From assembly GCA_965112735.1 (NCBI GenBank), contig OZ218956.1, positions 620,001 through 684,000 of the forward strand: a stretch of 64,000 bases of DNA, in the 5' to 3' direction. The translations under genes were made by a program, and so were the position numbers. The notes under the pieces are model-generated. The model was given only the letters and a program-made list of their open reading frames with translations. It made no database searches and was not told the origin of the DNA. Positions 10,931 through 20,100 of the stretch are shown piece after piece (position 1 is the first letter of the stretch; each line of letters begins with the position of its first letter). This DNA is from Phaeosaccion multiseriatum. Its lineage: Eukaryota; Protista; Ochrophyta, other classes.

Positions 10931-13589
10931 GTCTTTGCATTCTTCACACTCGTGTGCTCATTTGTGTCTACATGGGGCCATAACATCCCATCTACTGCCA
11001 TCCTCACCCCATCCACTCTCATCCCATCCCCATCAGGCGGCCTTCACTCAGCAGCTGGCGGTGTTTTGGGTCCAGCAACAGACGGAGGGGGGTAGTGCGG
11101 TGGGGGACGTGTCTGAATACATCAGTCGTGGGTTGTACATGGACGAGGAGTGGTATAAGGCTATTGATACCGCCAAGCCCGAAGATGCTTACGACGTCGT
11201 GGCCAAGGTAGGCGGCAGTGGACTCTCTCCCTCTCTCTCTCTCTCCCTCTCTCTCTCCCTCTTCTCCCTCGTCTCTCTCTCTCCCTCCCTCCCTCCCTCC
11301 TCTCCACCCTCCCTCACACACTTCCCCCCTCCCTCCCTCCCTCCCCTCCCCTCCCCTTCCCCTCCCTCCCCGTATCACCAACAGGTGCACACTCTGGTCC
11401 AGAGCCTGTCAGAGGGCGTGAGCGAGGTGTACGCACGGAGAGAGCTTCGTGCCGTAGCCCGGCGCATCAAGAACGTCGACCTCCTCACAGATGGCGAGGG
11501 ACGGACGCGCAAATTCCTCAGAGAGGGAGACTTGGTCAAGACGTGCAGAAATGGAAAGAAGGTGCGCAGCGTGCGCAGTGAGGATCATGGGGCCCACTAA
11601 CCCACTGACTTACTGATCCACTGACTTACGGACCCGTTGACTTACTGACTGGCCAAGTGGCCCCATTCACTATGTGTTCGCTGGCCACACCACGCACCTG
11701 CAAGCCCCACTGCCGCTGCCACTTGTTGGTAAAACAAAGTCTGAAAGCCTGCCCCCACGTCTCCTCTCTCTCACACCTTGCCTCTCCTCTCTCTCTCTCT
11801 TCTTTCTCCTCTCAGGTAACGTACCGCTTCTTCCTCTTCAGCGACCAGCTCCTGTACACACACCTGTCCTTCAGCGGAGAGTTTAAGGTACATGAGCAGC
11901 TCCGCTTGTCGCAGCTCCGTGTCACCAACCTGTCCAGCCTCAGCACCACCACCATAGACCCCACCAGCCCTGGAGGGGCCGGCGGCAGCAGGAGTATCAC
12001 TAGCAGGAGTAACCGTAGTAGAGATAGAGGTAGTAACTGTCGTGACTGTCTCGCGTTTCAGCTGCACCACCCCCAGAAGTCGTTTGTGGTGACTGCTCCG
12101 TCGGCCAGGGACAAGCAGCTCTGGATGGCGGATTTGGGAAGGGCCATTGTTTCGGCCACCAGGAGAAGGCAGCAGATGGCGGATAACGGCCAGGGCGGGG
12201 GGGGCAACAACATTGGCGACGGCACGGGACAGGAGGGTGGAGGACCAATGGCAGGGGTGGAGGGGGGGCTCGGTCCTGAGGACAGAGGAGGAGCAGGAGG
12301 GGGAGCAGGAGGAGGGGGGCAGCCTTGGGCGTCCGCCGTACGCTCCGCGAAGGGGGCATCTGCTGCCTCCCCGAGGGGGCCGTCTGGAGGAGGGGTCCCC
12401 GAGGGGGGCGTGGCTCCTCAGGGCGCTCCATTGCCGGTGGAGGAGGGGGAGGAGGCAAGCAGGTGAGAGAGAGGCGGACTAAGGCCGGGTAGAGGCAAAC
12501 GGACAGGGTACAGGCAGGGCAGGGCGGTGAAAGTAGGTCGGCTCTCGTCTCTTTTGATTAAAGGACTCTGCGGTCCGTCCGTCCGTCTGACTTTCCGTCC
12601 GTCTGTCCGACTTCCTGGCCGAAGCCTGATAATCCCGCTTGCCTCTCTCTCTCCTCTCTCTCTCTCTCGCACTCACTCTCTCTGTCACTTACGTACGCTC
12701 CCTCTCTCTCTTTCTCCCTCTTGTCTCACTGCCTCCCTTCCTCCCTCACTGCCTTACTACAGACACGTCAAAGGCAAGCGCAGCCCCACCTTCTCGCTGC
12801 GGAGCCTCCGAAGCAAGCTCCCCTCCCCGAGACGCGGCCTGTCCACCAAGACGAAGGCCACCAAGACCAAAGTGGTCAGGAACCACCGCCAGGTGAGTGT
12901 CAGGTGTCAGGTGTCAGGTGTCGGGTGTCAGGTGTCAGGTGTCAGCTATGAAGTGTCAGGTGTCAGCTGTCAGCTATGAAGTGTCAGGTGTCAGGTATCA
13001 GGTATCAGGTGTCAGGTATCAGGTGTCAGGTGTCAGGTGTCAGGTATGAAGTGTCAGGTGTCAGGTGTCAGGTGTCAGATATGAGGTATGAGGTGTCGGT
13101 ATCAGGTGTCAGCTGTCAGCTATGAAGTGTCAGGTGTCAGGTGTCAGGTGTCAGCTATGAAGTGTCAGCTATGAAGTGTCAGGTGTCAGGTGTCAGGTAT
13201 CAGGTGTCAGGTGTCTGCGTTGGAGCCGGGGACTGCTCAGTGTGGTGTGCTCTTTGTGTCTGTTGTTTGTGTCTACTCTCTCGGGAGGGGATGTCTCGCC
13301 TGCTGAGCGCGCAAGCCCCCTCGGGCGTGGTGCTATATATCACCAACTGCTGTATCACCACACCGTTGTGCCTATACCACCAACTCTGCTGGTGCTGCTG
13401 CGTCACCAACTGTCGCTTCTCCCCTCTACCTCACCCCGCGCTATACTCACTCAACATCTCCCCCCTCTCCCCTCTTCTGTGCTGCACCTCGGCGCAGCTC
13501 ACCCGACGCTCCGACGACGACGAAGACCCCGGAAGAACCCTGTCAGGAGCCTCCCCCCGGAGTGCCTGTGCCTCCCCCGGAGGTGGCAG

Positions 13590-13620
<31 letters not shown>

Positions 13621-13806
13621 GAGGAGGAGGAGGAGGAAGAAGAAGAGGAGGAGGAGGAGGAAGAGGAAGAGGAAGAGGAAGAGGAGGAGGAGGAGGAGGA
13701 GGAGGAGGAGGAGGAGGAGGAGGAGGAGGAGGAGGAGGAGGAGGAGGAGGAGGAGGAGGAGGGGGCGCCGCAGCAAGGCAAGGAGGGGTCCGGGCGCAGC
13801 AGCTGA
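1..13806 (+). CDS. Large Sec7-domain Arf guanine-nucleotide exchange factor with N-terminal MABP-like domain and C-terminal PH domain; 5' end outside window; about 21 exons
   Basis: Phase-consistent exons: 1-123, 603-1941, 2254-2374, 2655-3147, 3454-3635, 3790-4360, 4867-5072, 5377-6341, 6950-7359, 7674-7799, 8033-8131, 8422-8571, 8800-8886, 9275-9379, 9873-10000, 10196-10793, 11037-11207, 11385-11561, 11816-12462, 12763-12892, 13498-13806. Sec7 motifs FRLPGEAQKIDR (glutamic finger) and SYAIIQLNTDLH; HUS-box-like LVELFLNYDMD; PH REGDLVKTCR..YRFFLFSDQLLY..KSFVVTAPSARDKQLWMADL; TGA 13804-13806 after polyQ/polyE. Confidence 0.9.
124..393. repeat. (GT)n/(GGGT)n microsatellite starting at the intron donor
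   Basis: CAG|GTGTGTGT... directly visible. Confidence 0.95.
6675..6925. repeat. (CTCCT/CTCCC)n pyrimidine microsatellite in the 3' half of an intron
   Basis: Directly visible upstream of the acceptor at 6949. Confidence 0.9.
8576..8645. repeat. 15-bp tandem repeat (TTGGTGGTACAGCAC), about 4.5 copies
   Basis: Starts within the GC donor GCAAGT; variant of the dispersed GTTGGTGATACAG motif. Confidence 0.9.
9397..9770. repeat. (TCTG)n microsatellite with (TATG)n patches, intronic
   Basis: Directly visible. Confidence 0.95.
12893..13214. repeat. 7-bp satellite (GTGTCAG/GTATCAG)n with CTATGAA variants, starting at an intron donor
   Basis: CAG|GTGAGTGTCAGGTGTCAGGTGTCAG... directly visible. Confidence 0.9.
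13591..13761 (+). repeat. Coding (CAG)n + (GAG/GAA)n trinucleotide tract giving polyQ then >40 Glu
   Basis: In the last exon of the Sec7 gene, in frame with TGA at 13804. Confidence 0.8.
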
Positions 13807-14944
13807 GATGACAGACAGCACCCTACGCGCCTTCCATTTGTCGGCCCAAATCACTTCCGAAGCACATGTATATATATATATATATATATACATCTGACTG
13901 TCACGAGACTGCCGTACCCCCCCATCGGCCCTTTCCGTGGTCGTCCCCAGTGGGGTGAGGGGCCCACTTGCTTCCCCCCGCCTCTTGCTCTTTCTCTCCT
14001 TCTTTCCATGAGTGCTGTTTTGATTCTCTGCGCTTTGAGGGTGACGGCGTGATGGCCTTCACTTGCCTTCACTTGCCTTCACCCGAGGGTGTCTCTTCGC
14101 AACTCTTTGGTGCGGCCCGGTCGAATGCTTTGATTCTCCAAGCTTCAAGGCTGAAGGCGTCCCCTTGCCTTCAGTGAATCCTTCAGTGCAGACTTACTCT
14201 GGTCTGCGGCCCAGGCCAGAGGGGTCCAGAGGAGAGTCAAGAAGGCGTGCTTCGTGAGAGCGCAATGCGAATACGACAGGGACAGTGGTGATGTGTCGAG
14301 CAGACTTGGGGGTCATGGCCCCAAGTGTAATTAAGAGAGGCATGAGGATGCTGCTTTAACAGATAGTTGATACTTGTTCTGTGCCGAGTAGTTGACTTAT
14401 TTTCTATGCTATGGTATGGTAACACTATTTTCTCCTCAACACACCTCCCGCCCCCGCTCCCTCCCCCCAAAAAGAAGCTTCATCTCTGCACTGCCATCCT
14501 CACTCTTCACTCTCCTTTGTGGGCCCCACCCGCTTGTGTGCCCCTCTCTATGTCCGTCTCCGCTCAAGTCGCCACCATTCTAACGTGTCTTCCCTCCCTC
14601 CAACACGACTATTCGACTCTCTCTCTCTCTCTCGCTCTGCTAAGCAACCCTCCACCTCACAAAAGTAGTGGGCGCTAGAGAGCTCCTTTCCTGTCCTACC
14701 CGTCCATGCCCGGAGTGAGAAGGTGAAAGTCCGAACTCCCATCGCTTCGTCTCCGCACCCATCCGGCATGTATAGGTATATAGGTCAGTGGAGACTCAAC
14801 GCGTTCTGTGTTGACTGCTCTGCTTCTTCTGTCCATCGATCGCGTACCCCATCTCTATTTCCCTGCCGCGCCAAAACACAAGGCTAGTGCATGTGTACAC
14901 GGGCGAACGAAGAAGCGAAGCGGTGGTCCTGCCCTGCTGCTGCT

Positions 14945-16826
14945 TTACCAGTCGTCTCCGTAACCAGTTCCTCCTCCACCTCCGCCGTAATTTCCTCCTC
15001 CACCCCCTCCTCCATAGCCTCCTCCACCCCCTCCTCCGTATCCTCCTCCTCCTCCGTAGTCTCCTCCTCCTCCGCCGTAGTCGTTGCGTGGGGCACGGGG
15101 CCTAGAGAAGTTCACCTTCACGGGCCGTCCTCCAATCTCAATTCCGTCAAGCGCCTAGAGAGATACGGGCGGGTTGCGGGGAGACGAGCGAGAGTCAGCA
15201 GAGGGTTGGATGAAACAAGAGGCCAGACGACCCACACCCGCTGCACTGGTGAGAACTTCTGTCGTCTCGAGGCACAGTGACAAGGGAACAAATACAAAAA
15301 AACCCCACCTCCCTCCCTCGTGAGACTGACTGCCTTTGATGAGCGTAACGCACCTCAAGTGCCATCTCGGCGGAGTCCTTGGAATCGAAGGTGGCGAATC
15401 CGAAGCCCCTGGAGGACCCCGTTTCCCTGTCGGTCAGCACAATGGCGTCCACCAGCTTGGCGTCTCCGGCGTAGCTCTCAATGGTGTTCCATAGCTCCTC
15501 CGTGGTCACACCTGGCAGAGGAAAGCAATCACGGAGGAGGGGGGGGCGAGAGCGAGGCGGGGTAAGCATCCGGATTGAAGGGGGGGGGGGGGGTGTTGTG
15601 CCTTGCAAATCCACGTCTCTCTTCTCTCAACTAAGGGACAGACACTCACCCCAACCCAGGTTTCCGATGTACAGCTTGGGCTCCTCTGCCTGAGGGGCGC
15701 CGAAGGATCCCCCTCCACCCCGGGCCTGACCGGCCTGCCCCTGGGGGAGCGAGAAGTTGACCCTGATGTTCCTGCCGTCCAGGTCCATACCGTCCAGGGA
15801 TTCAATAGCCTTCTCTGCGGAGTCTTTGTTGCTGAAGGACACGAAGCCGAAGCCCCTGGAGCGTCCGGACTCGCGGTCAGTGAGCACCACACAGTTGACA
15901 ACCTCGCCAAAGTCCGAGAAGGTGGTGTAGAGGTCGTCGCGGGTGGTTCCCCAGCCGAGGTTGCCCACGTAGAGCTTGTGCTCCTCTACATAGGGTCGGT
16001 CCTCCTTGGGCACCGACAGGTTCACTTTGATAGTCCTGCCGCCAAGGTCAGATCCGTTCATGGCCTAAGTTGGATGGATGGACGGACGAGACGTCCCGGT
16101 TGGGAAGGGACGTGTGGATGGTGCAGGCGCAGTGGATTGGTTAATGGGAGCACGATAGAGACGCGTAAGAGGGAGAGAGGGGTGTCAAAAGACACAAGCG
16201 CGGACAGGGGGAAGGCCCCGACCCAAACCTCACCACCACCCACCACATCCACCCCCACACCAAAAAAAACAATCCCTTTGTCAAGTCCCGCAGTCTTACA
16301 CAGAGAGAGGGCCAGAGCGACTCACATCGATGGCAGCCTCGGCCTCTCCCGCGTTGGTGAAGGAGATGAATCCGAAGCCCCTGGAGCGCCCAGTCTCCCT
16401 GTCAGTCACCACCACAGCATCGGTCACGGTGCCGTACTGCTCGAAGGCCGCCCTCAGGTCCTCCGACATGGTTCCCCAGCCCAAGTTACCAACATACAGC
16501 TTGATCTCCTCCTGCACAGCCACCATAGGGGCGGCCTCCTCTGCCACCTCCCCCGCTGCCATTGGGTCCTCCACCGCCGCCATAGGCTCCTCACCACCCT
16601 CCTCCGTTGTGGACATCATTAGGGAAGCAGGCGAGCGGTGCAGGGCACGCGTCACGATGAGCTGAGCGCATGATGGCCTCGCGGCCTGGGCAGCGGACGT
16701 GACCTTAAGCGACCGGCCCTGTGCGAGAGCGACAAAAGATCGAGAGGTGATGGGAGCGGCCACAAAGGCAGAGGCGGTCCTGGCAGACGCCCCCAGTCCC
16801 AGGATAGCAACAGCCTTGGACCTCAT
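14945..16826 (-). CDS. Plastid-targeted glycine-rich RNA-binding protein with three RRMs
   Basis: Exons 16826-16326, 16064-15650, 15511-15354, 15154-14945. Three RNP2/RNP1 pairs (KLYVGNL..RSRGFGFISF; KLYVGNL..RSRGFGFVSF; KLYIGNL..SSRGFGFATF), C-terminal (YGGGGG)n ending GYGDDW*, N-terminal MRSKAVAILGLGASARTASA-FV signal/transit junction. Confidence 0.9.
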
Positions 16827-17125
16827 TGCTGCGCTATTGATGGAAGCTAGGATACGTGGGGTGGCAATGACTGACGTGACAGTGCTACAACGCTTCTTCT
16901 CACTCTTGGCCGCTGCGTTGGTTTGATTCTTGGCCCAGAGCAGCTTACCGCCCCCGGGGATAAATAAAGAGCTGAAACTGAAATTGTTTCTGGTTACAGA
17001 ATCTTACAATGAAGGATCCTCCGCCTCCCCCTCCGCCTCTGCTGCCCCCTCCTCCACGTATCTGCAGGCCCTGGCTCTTGCCAGTCCCTCCTTCGCCTGG
17101 CGGCTGTCGTGGCTTAGGCCCAATG

Positions 17126-20100
17126 CTACCGAGGAAGGAAGGAAGGAAGGAAGTTGTTGCTTGTGTCACTGGTGCTGCTCGCTGTCCCCTCCTGGATGGG
17201 CTCCTCTGACCGTGCTGCTTCCCGCCCCAGCAAGGGCTCCGAAGGCGGTGGTTCGGCGTCGTGGCGGAGGGGCGAAGAGGACAGAGGCGCAGTATTGCTT
17301 CTCCCGGCCCTGCTGCCGCCCGCCTCTGCTGCTCCCACCGTTCCCAGCTTCTCATCGCCTTCCTTCCCCTCCTCCTGCTCCATCGGTACCACCTTCCTGC
17401 CACCGCTCCCCTTACGCCCCTTGGGGCTCCATAGCCGCCTTGGGGGCGTCGCTAACGGCCGCTCAGCGAGAGCCTCTGCGTGAATGGTGCCTCCCGGCGT
17501 CAAAATGGCGGGCTCGTTGTCGTCCGCCCCCACATTCCCCCCCAGCCCCAACGGAACCAGTCCTCGTCCTCTCTTTCTGCCACTACCCCTGCCCCACGAG
17601 GAGGCCGCCCCCCCCTTGGGACTGAACGTGGCCATCATGCCCAGAGGCCGACGCCCCCCCACGAGACTCAGCTTCTTGATCGCCGCAGGCGGTGTCAGGA
17701 CGCTGGCCTGCTGCGTCCCCATCCACGTTATGCCCGCCAAATCAGTCGCCGAATGCCGCGCCCTGCTGGTGTCCACCCGAGAAATCGCCAGCCCAAGCGC
17801 GCCGCTGGGACTGGACACCAGTGGGCCCCCCTCGGGCCCGTGATTGCAAACACCGGCCTCCTCGGACTCGCCGCTGCATACCATCCTCTTCGATTCGCTG
17901 ATCCCGCCGGTGCGCCCTTTCAGGCCTGACCCTCCTACTCCGTTGCACACTTCACAGTTCCAGGACAGGCGACGCCCGCGTGCCGCCTTCTTCTGCAGCA
18001 TGGTGTCCGTGTCCATCATGGCCTGATGCGCGAGCAGGTGTTGTAGAAGGGACAGATGCAGGGGGGGGGGGGGGAGAGAGGGAGAGAGAGATGCAAAGGG
18101 AGGGAACGAGAGACATGAGTCACGCGAGGAGGGGGGGAACAGAGATGCAGGTAGAGCGGAGAGGGAGGGAGAGGAGAGAAGGAGATGAGAGGGAGGGAAG
18201 GAGAGAGAGAGATCAAAAGGAAGGGGAGGAGAGGATCCGACAGTACGTCTGTCGGTCAGTCAGTCAGTCGGTCGGTCGGTCGGTCGGTCAGTCAATCAGT
18301 CAGTCAGTCAGTCAGTCAGTCAGTCAGTCAGTCAGTCAGTCAGTCAGTCAGTCGGTCAGTCAGTCAATCAGTCAGTCAGTCAGTCGGTCAGTCAGTCAAT
18401 CAGTCAGTCAGTCAGTCAGTCAGTCAGTCAGTCAGTCAGTCAGTCAGTCAGTCAGTCAGTCAGTCAGTCAGTCAGTCAGTCAGTCAGTCAGTCAGTCAGT
18501 CAGTCAGTCAGTCAGTCAGTCAGTCAGTCAGTCAGTCAGTCAGTCAGTCAGTCAGTCAGTCAGTCAGTCAGTCAGTCAGTCAGTCAGTCAGTCAGTCAGT
18601 CAGTCAGTCAGTCAGTCAGTCAGTCAGTCAGTCAGTCGGTCAGTCAGTCAGTCAGTCAGTCAGTCAGTCAGTCAGTCAGTCAGTCAGTCAGTCAGTCAGT
18701 CAGTCAGTCAGTCAGTCAGTCGGTCCGTCAGTCAGTCAGTCAGTCAGTCGGTCAGTCAGTCAGTGAGTAAGTAATTCAGACAGTCGGCCACAGGAGGCGC
18801 TAGGTCGTGTCGGAAGACGAAAACACGTGAGAAAGACATCTACCGAGCGAGCGAGCTATATAGAGTGTGCTTCGATTGTTGAGTGCGTGCTGACCTCGAG
18901 ATTCCACAGGCGTATCTGCAGCCTTGCGTGCTTCTCGAAGAGGGTGCTCTTGTAGCCCAGCACAAAGATGGAGATGACGAAGGAGCCGATGAAGAGCAGG
19001 TTGGTAGCCAGCTCGGGCTGCTGCATGAGAATGAACAGGTTCAGAGAGAGGAAGGGCAAGTCCTCGCCTGCAGGGAGGAGAGAGCGATGAGGCAGAGGCA
19101 GCAAGCACATGGGTAGGGAGGGATGGCAGGGGGCGGGGGGCGAAGCATCGGAAGTCGGGGTCAGAGTAGGTACCCGAAGGTCGAGGCCCACATGGCATCG
19201 CCGATCGTCGAATCCAATCGAAGGGAAGCCCCTCCTCGGACACTCTGCTCCGCACTCCCCTTCGCTGCGCTACTCAGCGAACAACAAAACTATACAGACG
19301 CTCTACCCCACACGCTCCCTCTACACACACACACACCTGCCATGATGACGATGCGCATGGCGTTAAGAGAGAGGAGCCTTTGGACCGCCACATGCAGGCT
19401 CATATACTTGTTGCCTCTGTCGAAGGGTACGTGAAGCTTGCAGGACCGCTTCGCAAACATCGTGCGGAGGATGTCCTTCTGCTTCCCTGTAGGGGTAGGG
19501 GGGGGCAAGTAGAGGCGTATGGAGGTGTGGCAGGGGGGGGAGTGGAGGTGTATGGGGACGGGGAAGGTAGAGTGGAGGCATATGGAAAGAGAAGAGTAGA
19601 GGCGTATGGGGATTGGGAAGGTAGAGTGGAGGTGTATGGAAAGAGAAGAGTAGAGGCGTATGGGGATGCGGAAGGTAGCGTGGAGGCATACGGCATATGG
19701 AAAGAGAAGAGTAGAGACGTATGGGGATGCGGAAGGTAGAGTGGAGGCATATGGAAAGAGAAGAGTAGAGGCGTATGGGGATGCGGAAGGTTGAGTGGAG
19801 GCATATGGAAAGAGAAGAGTAGAGGTGTATGGGGATGCGGAAGGTAGAGTGGAGGCATATGGAAAGAGAAGAGTAGAGGCGTATGGGGATTGGGAAGGTA
19901 GAGTGGAGGCATATGGAAAGAGAAGAGTAGAGGCGTATGGGGACGGGGAAGGTAGAGTGGGAGCATATGGAAAGAGAAGAGTAGAGGCGTATGGGGATGC
20001 GGAAGGTAGAGTGGAGGCATATGGAAAGAGAAGAGTAGAGGCGTATGGGGATTGGGAAGGTAGAGTGGAGGTGTATGGGACGAGAAGAGTAGAGGCGTAT

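Noticed and set aside
14050-14190. GCCTTCA/TGAAGGC short repeats in the convergent spacer
   Set aside because: Too short and too few to distinguish from chance or local slippage; no ncRNA fold recognised.
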